Source of the DNA: Treponema sp.
GTDB lineage: Bacteria > Spirochaetota > Spirochaetia > Treponematales > Treponemataceae
Length of the DNA: 64,000 nt
NCBI GenBank assembly: GCA_052173475.1
Contig: JBQMYN010000002.1
Location: 9,406-73,405 of the forward strand
Reading direction: 5' to 3'
Part shown: positions 18,338 to 28,661 of the stretch, one piece after another
Layout: the number at the start of each line of letters is the position of its first letter
How positions within the stretch are numbered: position 1 is the stretch's first letter
Position numbers and translations under genes: made by a program
The notes under the pieces: generated by a model
Told to the model about the DNA's origin: nothing
The model's input: only the letters and a program-made list of their open reading frames with translations
Database searches by the model: none

Positions 18338-20515
18338 ATGTATGAGTCAGAAAAAAAGCAGCGTGCAGTACGGCATATCAGACTACGAACAAAAATTTTC
18401 ATCAATTTTTCAGCATTCTCAGTAGTATTATTAAGTGTAATAGCATTCATTACGTATCGAAAGGCGATAGATATTTTTGAAAAGCAGCTTCATATATCTG
18501 CATCAGATGAATTACAGCATATACACGGTACATTGAACAACTATTTTACTGATATACAAAACACTATTCATACGCTTGCCTCTCTTGAGCTTATCCGCTC
18601 AACGGAAAATGAAATTACATCGTACAAATTCCGGAAAACACCTACCGGTGTTTCAAAAATGGAACCTGCTCCCGAAAGTTATGAAGAAAAAGTATTCCAT
18701 TGTCTTGGCAGCTTTAGAGATAATTCTGATACGTTCAGTACAATAGCATTTGCGAGCGAAGTAAATGGCGGGTATGTCCGCTATCCTGCGGTGGATCGGA
18801 AGGACGGATACGATGCCTGTACCCGCTCATGGTATAAATTGGGAAAGGAACATCCTAATACTGTTTCTTCCTTGAATGCGTATAAAACCTCAAGCGGGGA
18901 TATTACGATAACAATTGTTGAAGGAATAACAGATGTCCTCAATAATTTTAAAGGCGTTTTAACGTTTGATGTAGCAATAAATAAACTGCCTTCTTTACTC
19001 AATTTTACAAAAGATAATGAGAGAAAGTTTATTCTTGTAGATAATACTGGAAAAACTATTGTAAATACGCTTAATGCCGAAGCTCTTTTTCAAACAGTGC
19101 CTGAGTTACAAATTCCAGAGTTTGAAAATTATCGCTATACCGATTCTCGGAATTTTAATGCTACAATCAACAGTATACCGTATAAAGTATTTTGTATGCC
19201 AGTGGATGCCGGAATTATAGACTTCGGCTGTATTATGCTTATTCCGCAGCAAGAATTTATTACCCGTATTCGGACTATTCGATACTTTTTTATTCTTATT
19301 TTGAGCACTGCGTTTGCGGCAGCATTTATTTTTTCGCACATTATCGGAAAAGAAATTTCAAGACCCTTATTACAGACTATTACCGTTCTAAAAGATATTG
19401 CAAATGGTGATGGAGATTTAACTGTTCGGCTTCCTGAAACTGGAACTGAAGAAACAGTAGAAATGGCACTGTATTTTAATAGTGCCATTAGTAAAATTGA
19501 ATTATCTATTCAAAATGTTGCTAAAAACTCTATTGCAATGGAAGCTATTGGAGACGAGCTTGTTCACAGTATGGTAGAAACGGCAAATGCTGTCCAGCAG
19601 ATTAGTACCAATATTGACGGTGTAAAGCAGCAAACTCATACACAAACTGGCGGTGTTACAGAAACTGCTGCCGGCATCGAGCAAATTATCCGTACAATTA
19701 AGCAGCTGAATGCCGGTATTGAGCATCAGGCAGCGGGCATTGCACAATCCTCTTCTGCTGTAGAACAAATGGCGGCAAATGTTGCTGCTATCACAAAAAC
19801 ATTGGATAAGACTAATGAGGTGATAAAAACGCTTGCTGATGCCACTGCTGACGGCAGACATACGATGGCGGATGCCCGTGCTGTTACACAAAAGATTGCC
19901 GAAGAATCCGGCAGTTTGCTCGAAGCCTCAAGTGTTATTCAGCATATTGCTGCTCAAACAAACTTACTTGCTATGAATGCCGCGATTGAGGCTGCTCATG
20001 CAGGTAATGCCGGAAAAGGTTTTGCCGTTGTTGCTGATGAAATCCGCAAGCTGGCAGAAGAATCAAGTTCACAAGGAAAAACTATTTCGCAAACATTGAA
20101 AGTATTAAGTATGGAAATTGCCGGGCTATCGGAAGCGTCAAATAAGGCGGGTGAAAAATTTAGCACGATTTCAGAGCTTTCAGAGACGGTAAAAAATATG
20201 AGTGATCGATTGATGGAATCGATGCATGAGCAGGAAAACGGCAGTAAGGAAGTGCTGACTGCCATTAAAAGTATTAACACGGTAACAATAGAAGTACAAG
20301 CAGGTTCTGAAGAAATGCTGCAAGGCGGGGAGGGGATTGCACAGCAAATACAAAAACTTACTGATCTAACCCATCTTATTGCTGACAGCATGAATGAGAT
20401 GTCTGCGAGTGCAGTACAGATTACTCATATTATAGAGGATGTTAATGCAATCAGCCAAAAAAATAAAGTAAGTATTGACGCATTAGGAGAGGTTGTTAAA
20501 AAATTTAAAGTGTGA
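18338..20515 (+). CDS. Methyl-accepting chemotaxis protein (dCache sensor)
   Basis: YDACTRSWY dCache motif, [52 protein letters not shown]. Confidence 0.97.
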   Translation: MYESEKKQRAVRHIRLRTKIFINFSAFSVVLLSVIAFITYRKAIDIFEKQLHISASDELQHIHGTLNNYFTDIQNTIHTLASLELIRSTENEITSYKFRKTPTGVSKMEPAPESYEEKVFHCLGSFRDNSDTFSTIAFASEVNGGYVRYPAVDRKDGYDACTRSWYKLGKEHPNTVSSLNAYKTSSGDITITIVEGITDVLNNFKGVLTFDVAINKLPSLLNFTKDNERKFILVDNTGKTIVNTLNAEALFQTVPELQIPEFENYRYTDSRNFNATINSIPYKVFCMPVDAGIIDFGCIMLIPQQEFITRIRTIRYFFILILSTAFAAAFIFSHIIGKEISRPLLQTITVLKDIANGDGDLTVRLPETGTEETVEMALYFNSAISKIELSIQNVAKNSIAMEAIGDELVHSMVETANAVQQISTNIDGVKQQTHTQTGGVTETAAGIEQIIRTIKQLNAGIEHQAAGIAQSSSAVEQMAANVAAITKTLDKTNEVIKTLADATADGRHTMADARAVTQKIAEESGSLLEASSVIQHIAAQTNLLAMNAAIEAAHAGNAGKGFAVVADEIRKLAEESSSQGKTISQTLKVLSMEIAGLSEASNKAGEKFSTISELSETVKNMSDRLMESMHEQENGSKEVLTAIKSINTVTIEVQAGSEEMLQGGEGIAQQIQKLTDLTHLIADSMNEMSASAVQITHIIEDVNAISQKNKVSIDALGEVVKKFKV

Positions 20516-20551
20516 TGCAGCAAGGCTGTATTGGTATCGGTGGAGGTTTAT

Positions 20552-21322
20552 ATGATTGAAAAAGAACATGCGTTCCAAACATTGCAGGAGAGGAGCATAC
20601 TCCATGAAGATGCAGCCTTTCGTTCAGATACGAAATCGGATTGTATTGAATCACAGCTTTTTGCCTTGCAAGATGTTGTGTATAAAGATTTTAATAAGAA
20701 ACTTATTCCAACTGTACCGGAAGAAACCATGATCGGTATACGGGTTCCTGTTTTGCGTACCTTTGCCAAGCGATTCTTTAAAATACATCGGAAAGAAGTG
20801 GATATTTTTATGGATGCACTGCCTCACCGGTATTTTGAAGAGAATAATCTCCATGCATTTTTTATTGAATGTTTGGAAGATATTGATGCAGCCCTGTGTG
20901 CGCTTGAAGCGTTTTTACCGTTTATAGATAATTGGCAGACATGTGATATATGCTCACCTCCGGTCTTAAAAAAATATCCTGATGCCGTCTATCAAAAGAT
21001 TTTACAGTGGCTTCGGTCAGCGCATCCGTATACTGTCCGGTATGCGATTGGGCTGCTGTTGTCAAATTATCTCAATAAGCACTTTCGGCTGGAGATGCTT
21101 GAGCTGGTTTCCGGCGTGAGATCAGACGAGTATTATGTCAATATGATGATTGCATGGTATTTCAGCACTGCTCTGGTAAAGCAGTATGCTGCTGCCGTTC
21201 CCTATATTGAGAATAAACTTTTGCTGCCATTTACTCATAATAAAGCTATTCAAAAAGCTATTGAAAGCAGATGTATTCCGTCTGATATAAAAGCATACCT
21301 TAGAACAATGAAACTGCATTGA
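20552..21322 (+). CDS. DNA alkylation repair protein (AlkD-like)
   Basis: IGIRVPVLR, FIDNWQTCD, DEYYVNMMIAWYFSTAL. GGAGG RBS before ATG 20552. Confidence 0.88.
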   Translation: MIEKEHAFQTLQERSILHEDAAFRSDTKSDCIESQLFALQDVVYKDFNKKLIPTVPEETMIGIRVPVLRTFAKRFFKIHRKEVDIFMDALPHRYFEENNLHAFFIECLEDIDAALCALEAFLPFIDNWQTCDICSPPVLKKYPDAVYQKILQWLRSAHPYTVRYAIGLLLSNYLNKHFRLEMLELVSGVRSDEYYVNMMIAWYFSTALVKQYAAAVPYIENKLLLPFTHNKAIQKAIESRCIPSDIKAYLRTMKLH

Positions 21323-21392
21323 TAATGATGTGATTAAAGGCATTCTCGCATTGTCCAGTAACGATTGGCAATACGTGAAATTTCAAATGTCG

Positions 21393-22297
21393 CTACTCTG
21401 TCCCCGCTGATGTTTTAAACTTATCAATTTGATTTTGGACTGAGCCGATTATTTCGTTTAGATTTTCGGCTTCTTTGATAACAATCTGTTCGGCACTGGA
21501 AATTTCGTCCATACCGGAAAGGATTTCAGTTATGCCGGTGTTGACTTTTGCCGCGAGGGTTTCAATTTTGCCGCCGGTGCAAGCAAGCTCTGATGAAACG
21601 CCGCCCAGCGTCTGCGCACTTGAAGCAACCAGCTCTTACTGACGGCGTAAATTAAGAACGGCTTGATGAATGGCATCTGCAACACAACAACCGCAAGACA
21701 AACAATGCAGAATAAAAATACCGGAATAACGGTTAACCATACTGAACGCATAAGCTGTTCATGCCGCCCTGAATAATCTGATATCGATAGCAATAACATA
21801 CTGGTTTTCAAGGTTAGTGTCCTCAATCGGCATAAAAAGCGATTGCACCGTCCCGAACCGATTACGGTATGGAGAATCGGTAAAGGTTTCGGTATTTGTT
21901 TGCAATGTCTGTAAAAGCTCCGGAGGCGGAGCAGCAAGCGTAAAAAATGAATCTGCCCCGTGCGTTGCCGTCAAAACGAGCGGTTGCCCGTCTGTTTTTT
22001 TGATAAGCCAGATATTGTATACACCGGTTTGCTCGTGTAGTTTATCCAGTTTCTGCCGCAATGTCAGGAACGGCTCTTCTGTACAGGTACCAGCCGTCAA
22101 CAAATCGAAAGGAATCCCGCTGCACAGCCCCTGTACCCCCCCGCCGCTGTAATGTGCAGTGCTCCCCGTACTGCTGCCGAGTCATCCAGCGCACTCTTAT
22201 AGCGCAGCGCAAAAAATCCGAACGTCAAAAATCCCATAATCGCCGGAAAAAATACCATGACGAGCTTAACGGATAACGTGCGTCTTATTCGCTGCAT
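21393..22297 (-). pseudogene. Degenerate chemoreceptor (MCP) gene with several frameshifts and most of the signalling domain deleted
   Basis: AGAGGAG RBS and ATG 22297 (MQRIRRTLSVKLVMVFF, TM1). Frameshift at a G7 run (22136-22142), then a Cache-like segment, TM2 in a third frame, and an MCP-type tail ...GMDEISSAEQIVIKEAENLNEIIGSVQNQIDKFKT ending at TAG 21393-21395. Confidence 0.75.
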
Positions 22298-22483
22298 AAC
22301 CACTCCTCTTTTGAAAATATATGGTGCAAACCGCTGAAACCGTTTGCAATAATATTGTTTCCGATACACTTATGCAAGATTATTATACGAGGAAAATCTC
22401 TAAAAACTGAAGTTTTTGCATAACCTCGTTTCCTCTACCTAATTTTCTTGCTTTTTTGCCATTCTTGCCGTATACTTATCTCT

Positions 22484-23068
22484 ATGGAACCTGTAATACT
22501 TGCCTCAAAATCTCCGCAGCGGCAGGATATTCTTAAAAATTTGAATATTCCTTTTATCATTATTCCTTCGGGGATTGATGAAACACTGCTGAGTGAGTTT
22601 TCTCCTGAAAAAAATGTTGAGCATCTTGCAATAAAAAAAACGGAAGCAGTGCTGCGCTCTCCCCTTAAAATTAAAACACCGTGGATTATTGGTGCAGATA
22701 CCCTTATTTTTATCGACGGACAGCCGATGGGAAAGCCGAGTTCTGCTGATGAAGCACGGTGTATGCTTACGCAGTATTCAGATCGTACGCATCACGTAAT
22801 TACTGCACTGTGCTGCTATGATGATCATTCTAAGGATATTTCTACGCGGATAAATACGTCGTCTGTTTCATTTAAAAAACTTTCACCGAAAGAAATTGAC
22901 TGGTATATTAATCTGGGAGAATGGCAAGGGGCCGCCGGCGGGTATCGGATTCAGGGAACGGCAGCTTGTTTTATTTCTCATATTGAAGGTTCTTACAGTT
23001 CTATTGTGGGCTTGCCAATTTATGAGTTATATGATATTCTAACTGAACACGGCTATGCGTTTAATTAA
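22484..23068 (+). CDS. maf: Maf family nucleoside triphosphate pyrophosphatase
   Basis: VILASKSPQRQDIL, IIGADT, MGKP, AGGYRIQG, GSYSSIVGLP. Confidence 0.93.
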   Translation: MEPVILASKSPQRQDILKNLNIPFIIIPSGIDETLLSEFSPEKNVEHLAIKKTEAVLRSPLKIKTPWIIGADTLIFIDGQPMGKPSSADEARCMLTQYSDRTHHVITALCCYDDHSKDISTRINTSSVSFKKLSPKEIDWYINLGEWQGAAGGYRIQGTAACFISHIEGSYSSIVGLPIYELYDILTEHGYAFN

Positions 23069-23090
23069 CATCAGTGCCGTGCAAGATAAG

Positions 23091-23209
23091 GCTGTTCGGA
23101 AATTTCTGTTTTGGAACGGGTTAGTATGAAATGTAATGTTTAAAATTGTGCTACCTGTGCGATTTTGAACTTGCCGGCTCGTTTGACAACGAAGTTATCG
23201 AATAAGTCT
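23091..23209 (+). repeat. Composite palindromic repeat element, family B (CTGTTCGG...GAACAG terminal hairpins)
   Basis: Three-hairpin unit homologous to 40866-40998, 42973-43092 (reverse), 54580-54658 and 59312-59398. Confidence 0.8.
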
Positions 23210-23297
23210 AATATCCTAAAAGTGCTGCGGTGTTACATGCGGTGTTTTTAGAGAAATAGCGAAGGATGAGTCGGATACGGCTCGTGAAGGAGTTACC

Positions 23298-24179
23298 ATG
23301 GCAGTTGTTACCATGAAGAATCTGCTTGAATCCGGTGTTCATTTCGGACATCAGGTAAAACGTTGGGATCCGCGCATGAAAAAGTATATTTTTGCAGAGC
23401 GGAACGGTATTCATATTATTGATTTACAAAAAACTATTACAGCAATCCGCGAGGCTTATGAAGCAGTACGGAAAACAACTGCTGCAGGAAAGTCTGTGTT
23501 GTTTGTAGGAACAAAAAAACAAGCGCAGCAAACTATTACAAAAGAAGCTGAACGCTGCGGAATGTTTTATGTCAACAACCGTTGGCTTGGCGGTATGCTC
23601 ACAAACTTTTCTACCATAAAGAAAAGTCTTGCTCGTCTTAAAAGAATTGAAAAGATGGAAAATGACGGTACTTTCGAAAGTTTGACAAAAAAAGAAGTTG
23701 CAAGACTGCAAAAAGAAAAAGCAAAATTGGAAAAGAACCTCGGCGGTATTAAAGAGATGAAAGATCTGCCGGGTATTATTTTCATTATTGATACACGCAA
23801 AGAAACTATCGCAATTAATGAAGCACGGCGTATGGGAATTCCGATTGTAGCAGTGGTCGATACTAATTGTAACCCTGAAGGTATTGATTATCCTATTCCC
23901 GGAAATGATGATGCTATCCGCTCAATTTCGTTGTTTACACAGATTATTGCCAATGCGGTTATTGAAGCTGATAATGAAAGCGGACTGAAAATTATTGAAA
24001 ACCTGCAAGATGGAGATGAAGAATTTAGCGATTCAGCCATTGATCCCTACCAAGATCGCGAAGATGAAGAAATAACCGATTATTCGAACTATACTCCTAC
24101 CGAGAAAGAGCCTGAAACTGAAGAAGTAGATGATGGTTCTTCTTTAATTGATGAAGATTCGCTTTACGATGATAAATAA
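23298..24179 (+). CDS. rpsB: 30S ribosomal protein S2
   Basis: [31 protein letters not shown]. Confidence 0.99.
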   Translation: MAVVTMKNLLESGVHFGHQVKRWDPRMKKYIFAERNGIHIIDLQKTITAIREAYEAVRKTTAAGKSVLFVGTKKQAQQTITKEAERCGMFYVNNRWLGGMLTNFSTIKKSLARLKRIEKMENDGTFESLTKKEVARLQKEKAKLEKNLGGIKEMKDLPGIIFIIDTRKETIAINEARRMGIPIVAVVDTNCNPEGIDYPIPGNDDAIRSISLFTQIIANAVIEADNESGLKIIENLQDGDEEFSDSAIDPYQDREDEEITDYSNYTPTEKEPETEEVDDGSSLIDEDSLYDDK

Positions 24180-24193
24180 TAGAGGAGATTATA

Positions 24194-25030
24194 ATGGAAA
24201 TTAAAGCAGCGGACGTAAAGGCACTCCGTGAACAAACGGGTGCAGGAATGATGGAATGTAAAAAAGCGTTGCAGGAATGTAACGGCGATGCAAAAGAAGC
24301 CGCAAAATATCTTAAAGAAAAAGGCTTGGCAGCCGTTGAAAAACGAGCAGGACGCACTACAAGTGAAGGTATTATCGTTATAAAAACCAAAGATTCAAAG
24401 GCTGTCATGGCTGAGCTAACCTGTGAAACTGACTTTGTTGCTAAAAATGCAGAGTTTATCGAAGCAGGAGAAAAAATTGCTCAGACAGCACTTGATAAAG
24501 GATATACCGATATTCACGATGAGTTAAATGCAATGATTCTTGATCTTGCAACACGTGTGCGTGAAAATATGAGCTTAAAGCGGTTGACTGCGGTTAGTGC
24601 TGCAAGTGATGAGTGTATTGCGCACTATGTACATTCTGATAAGAAAACCGGTGTTATAGTGGTTTTGAAAACTGCCAAGCCTGATACCGTATCAAATGCG
24701 CTTTTAAAAGAGTTTGCATACGATTGCTGTTTGCATATTGCGGCATTTACGCCTGCCTATATCAGGAAAGAAGATGTAGAGCAGTCGTATATTGATGAGC
24801 AGCTTGAAGTGTTTAAAGGGCAGGTTGCCGCGCTTGATAAACCTGAAAAGGTTAAGGAAGGTATTGTAAAAGGTAAGCTGAATAAACATCTCGCTGAAAT
24901 CTGCTTTCTGGAACAGGCATTTGTAAAAGATGATAAGGTTTCTGTGCAGGCAAAAATGAAAGAAATTTCTAAACAGCTTGATAGCGAGATTTCTCTTTCT
25001 GCTGCACTGCTGTATCAGCTTGGTCAGTAA
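24194..25030 (+). CDS. tsf: Elongation factor Ts
   Basis: VKALREQTGAGMMECKKAL, ELTCETDFVAKN. Confidence 0.99.
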   Translation: MEIKAADVKALREQTGAGMMECKKALQECNGDAKEAAKYLKEKGLAAVEKRAGRTTSEGIIVIKTKDSKAVMAELTCETDFVAKNAEFIEAGEKIAQTALDKGYTDIHDELNAMILDLATRVRENMSLKRLTAVSAASDECIAHYVHSDKKTGVIVVLKTAKPDTVSNALLKEFAYDCCLHIAAFTPAYIRKEDVEQSYIDEQLEVFKGQVAALDKPEKVKEGIVKGKLNKHLAEICFLEQAFVKDDKVSVQAKMKEISKQLDSEISLSAALLYQLGQ

Positions 25031-25079
25031 GTGCTTGTGTATACAGCCGTAACTGTGTTGCGGATTTGCATACCGGCTT

Positions 25080-25360
25080 TTACCGGCATATAGTACAGGC
25101 TGGCTAGAAATTGAAAGCCTATCGGCGTTTTCTGTAAGGAAATGATTTATTGAGGCTGTCTAAAAACTTCAGTTTTTGTTGGTGAGCTTTGCTCACTTGT
25201 TTCCTTAGATTAGATGCAGTAGGTATGTACGGTGTATATGCCGGTAAGCCTTTTTGGATGGTTTGTGTAATAAGGGTATCTTTAAAAATTCGGTTAGATT
25301 TTTAGAAGATACCTCATCAGCAAAAACTCATCTCTAAAAACGGAAGTTTTTAGAAGTTCC
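25080..25360. repeat. Cluster of repeat modules in the tsf-frr spacer
   Basis: Contains the GAAAGCCTATCGGC module, CTAAAAAC hairpins, GGTGAGCTTTGCTCAC and ATCAGCAAA modules found elsewhere in the window. Confidence 0.8.
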
Positions 25361-25410
25361 TATAAGCTGAAAACAGTAAAATCCCGCGATTGTGATATTA
25401 GAGAAGAGGT

Positions 25411-25971
25411 ATGTTTATGAGTGATATTCACAGTATATATGAAGAAAAGATGAAAAAATCTATTGCATCGTTGAAAGAGAATTTCAATGGGCTGAGAACG
25501 GGACGTGCCTCTGCATCGCTTTTTGATAAGGTACGTGTTGATTACTATGGTGAGTTGACACCGTTGAGTCAGGTCGCTGGTATTTCTATACCGGAAGCGC
25601 GGCTTGTGGTTATTCAGCCGTGGGAAAAGTCTCTTTTACCGGAGATAGAAAAAGCGATATTGAAGTCTGAGCTTTCTCTTAATCCGGCAAATGATGGAAA
25701 AATCATCCGTATTGCTATTCCTCCGCTTACGGAAGAGCGGCGCAAAGAATTGGCAAAACAGGCAAAGAGCCTTGCTGAACAATGCCGTGTAGCGATTAGA
25801 AATATTCGCCGCGAGGGTATTGATGAAGCAAAAAAAATGCAAAAAGAAAGTCTGATTAGTGAGGACGAGTTGAAAAATGCCGAGGATAAATTCCAAAAAG
25901 TAACGAACAGTCATATTGCCGATATTGATAAAATCCTTGCTGAAAAGGAAAAAGAAATTTTGGAAGGCTAA
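25411..25971 (+). CDS. frr: Ribosome recycling factor
   Basis: LRTGRASASL, IPPLTEERRKEL, RVAIRNIRR. Confidence 0.99.
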   Translation: MFMSDIHSIYEEKMKKSIASLKENFNGLRTGRASASLFDKVRVDYYGELTPLSQVAGISIPEARLVVIQPWEKSLLPEIEKAILKSELSLNPANDGKIIRIAIPPLTEERRKELAKQAKSLAEQCRVAIRNIRREGIDEAKKMQKESLISEDELKNAEDKFQKVTNSHIADIDKILAEKEKEILEG

Positions 25972-26651
25972 TGAAGTTACAGCATATTGCCATTATTATG
26001 GACGGTAACGGACGGTGGGCGCAGCAAAGAGGGCTAGCGCGGACTAAGGGGCATATAGAGGGGTTAGAGGCAGCAAAGCGTATTGTAAAGGCTGCCTCTG
26101 ATATGGGGATTGCATATATTACCCTGTATGTTTTTTCTACTGAAAATTGGAAACGTACCAAAGAAGAAGTAGGATTTTTAATGGGATTGATCCGTAAGCA
26201 TCTTTGTGCGGAGTTTGACTTCTATGCTGCAAATAATATGAAAATTAGGCATCTGGGAAATCGTGATGCTTTGCCGGTAGAGCTGCAAGATGATATATGC
26301 CGTGCGATTGAAAACACCAAAGAGCATACCGGCACGGTGATACAGCTTGCAATCAATTATGGTGGTAAAGATGAAATTTTACGCGCAGTGCATAAAATTG
26401 CTCCTGAAAATTTACAAACACTTACAGAAATGGATTTTGAAGCCTTGCTTGATACGGATGGGGTGCCTCCTGTAGATTTGCTTATCCGTACTGGCGGAGA
26501 ACAACGGCTTAGTAATTTTCTGCTTTGGCAAACTGCATACGCAGAATTATATCTCACCGATGTTTTATGGCCTGATTTTACTCCTGACCATTTGCAGCGC
26601 GCAATTGAGGTATATCAGTGCCGTACAAGGAGATTCGGAGGCATCGTATGA
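25971..26651 (+). CDS. uppS: Undecaprenyl diphosphate synthase
   Basis: HIAIIMDGNGRWA, FSTENWKR, IRTGGEQRLSNFLLWQ. Confidence 0.98.
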   Translation: MKLQHIAIIMDGNGRWAQQRGLARTKGHIEGLEAAKRIVKAASDMGIAYITLYVFSTENWKRTKEEVGFLMGLIRKHLCAEFDFYAANNMKIRHLGNRDALPVELQDDICRAIENTKEHTGTVIQLAINYGGKDEILRAVHKIAPENLQTLTEMDFEALLDTDGVPPVDLLIRTGGEQRLSNFLLWQTAYAELYLTDVLWPDFTPDHLQRAIEVYQCRTRRFGGIV

Positions 26652-27502
26652 ATGTAAAAAAAGTATTGGAACGTCTTACTGTTTTTTTTATCGGCTTTCC
26701 GGCAACCGTCAGTGTGATATATTTTCTTCCATACTATCATTTTTTATGTTTACATATATTGATTTTTGCTGTTACTGTTACTGCACTGGTTGAAATATAT
26801 TCAATGTTAAAAAAGCGAGTTGCACTATATCCATTCCCGGTGCTGTTAATCGGCGGGAGTGCTTTCCCTGTTATTTCATATTTAAATACTATTACGTTTT
26901 TTCCTCGTATTGATGCTCTATTTACTGTCAGTAGTGTTATATACTTCATTTTTCTTGTGGAAATTATCTATTCGTTCAGAAAGTCATTTGAAAAAAGTAT
27001 TGAACGGATAGTTTCCGGCATTTTTATGATGTTTTATCCGGGGTTTTTTCTTTCATTTGTTTTGCGTATGGCTCGTTGGGAGGGGGCTGCATATATCATT
27101 ACTTTATTTGTGATAATTATTTTTACCTGCGATTCTATGGCATGGCTGTCGGGCGTTTTGTTTGGAAAGACAAATAAGGGATTTATTCCTGCAAGTCCGA
27201 ATAAAAGTATTGCAGGGTTTATCGGCGGAGTTGTTGGTTCTGCTCTGATTTCAGCATTGACGGTGATGGCGTTCCGCTCACACATATCTCTGTCTGTGTT
27301 CAATGCTGTTCTCATTGCGGTTGCTACGTCAGTTGCCGGTATCTTTGGCGATTTAATTGAATCGGTCATAAAACGTTCTGCAAATATGAAAGATTCCGGG
27401 GCAATTATCTTGGGGCGGGGAGGAATTATGGATAGTGTCGATTCAATCCTGCTTGGTGCTCCTGCATTTTATATCATGTATCTTCTTTGTTCCGGCGTAT
27501 AG
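26648..27502 (+). CDS. cdsA: Phosphatidate cytidylyltransferase
   Basis: SPNKSIAGFIGG, GDLIESVIKR, KDSGAIILGRGGIMDSVDS. Confidence 0.95.
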   Translation: MNVKKVLERLTVFFIGFPATVSVIYFLPYYHFLCLHILIFAVTVTALVEIYSMLKKRVALYPFPVLLIGGSAFPVISYLNTITFFPRIDALFTVSSVIYFIFLVEIIYSFRKSFEKSIERIVSGIFMMFYPGFFLSFVLRMARWEGAAYIITLFVIIIFTCDSMAWLSGVLFGKTNKGFIPASPNKSIAGFIGGVVGSALISALTVMAFRSHISLSVFNAVLIAVATSVAGIFGDLIESVIKRSANMKDSGAIILGRGGIMDSVDSILLGAPAFYIMYLLCSGV

Positions 27503-27510
27503 GCATCAGT

Positions 27511-28641
27511 ATGGAGAAAAAAAAAGTAATTGTCCTTGGGGCAAGCGGTACAATCGGTCAAAATACTATTGATATTATCCGGAACTTTCCGGATTTGTTT
27601 GCATTAACCGGTATTTCTGTGCATAAAAACACCGCTGCGCTTGAAGCGTTAAAAACGGAGTTTCACTTGCAGGATTATATTGTTACCGATGGAGATGCTG
27701 CACAGTGTGTTGATTGCCCCTATTCTACTATTGAATCATTTTTACAGGGAACCCCTGCAGATGTAGTGATAAACGGTATCGCCGGTGCTGCCGGTTTGAC
27801 AGCATCGTTTTTTGCGCTTGCTTATCATCCAGTACTTGGGCTTGCCAATAAAGAAAGTATTGTAATGGCAGGGGAACTTTTGCAAAAACAAGCTGCTGTT
27901 TACGGTTCTACGATTATTCCCGTTGATTCTGAACATGCTGCTATTTACAGTTTGCTGCAGGCGCATGGGAGAGAACAGCTTGAGCGGATTATCCTTACTG
28001 CCTCCGGCGGTCCTTTTAGAACATGGACGGCAGAGCAACTAAAAAAAGCTCGTTTAAAGGATGCGCTCAATCACCCTACGTGGAATATGGGGGTAAAAAT
28101 TACCATAGATTCTGCTTCGCTGGCAAATAAGGCATTGGAAGTTATTGAAGCAGTACGGCTCTTTCAGGTACCGGCAGATTCCATAACCGTTACTGTACAC
28201 CCGACTAGCATTGTACATTCGCTTGTGCAACTTACCGGCGGAGAAGTGTATGCACAGCTTTCGCCGCCTGATATGCGGAACCCCATTTTTACTGCGCTTT
28301 CATATCCTGCGCCGCCGCCTGCCTATCTGCAGCCGCTTGATTTTACGAAAACGCTTGATTTGCATTTTGAACCTCCGCGGACTGACCTTTTCCCGCTATT
28401 GGGTCTTGGTTTTGCAGCTGCAAGAAAACAAGCAGCGTATCCTATTGCGTTTAATGCTGCCAATGAAGAAGCTGTTGCTGCATTTGTGAACGGAAGTATT
28501 AGTTTTACAGATATTGCAGCTGTTACTGCACAAGTTTTAACACAGAATTGGACAACGGCACCTACTACTATGTCAGAAATTTTTTATGCAGATTCTCAGG
28601 CTCGACGTTATGCACAGTCAGCTATTTGTTCAATCTCGTAA
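27511..28641 (+). CDS. dxr: 1-deoxy-D-xylulose-5-phosphate reductoisomerase
   Basis: LGASGTIG, LANKESIV, PVDSEHAAI, TASGGPFR, HPTWNMGVKITIDSA. Confidence 0.98.
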   Translation: MEKKKVIVLGASGTIGQNTIDIIRNFPDLFALTGISVHKNTAALEALKTEFHLQDYIVTDGDAAQCVDCPYSTIESFLQGTPADVVINGIAGAAGLTASFFALAYHPVLGLANKESIVMAGELLQKQAAVYGSTIIPVDSEHAAIYSLLQAHGREQLERIILTASGGPFRTWTAEQLKKARLKDALNHPTWNMGVKITIDSASLANKALEVIEAVRLFQVPADSITVTVHPTSIVHSLVQLTGGEVYAQLSPPDMRNPIFTALSYPAPPPAYLQPLDFTKTLDLHFEPPRTDLFPLLGLGFAAARKQAAYPIAFNAANEEAVAAFVNGSISFTDIAAVTAQVLTQNWTTAPTTMSEIFYADSQARRYAQSAICSIS

Positions 28642-28661
28642 ACGATAAGGAAATTTATTGT

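Noticed and set aside
25031..25410. pyrH missing from the usual tsf-pyrH-frr order
   Set aside because: An intact pyrH lies at 54685-55371. To my knowledge tsf-frr adjacency is normal in Treponema, so this is not a strain-specific loss.
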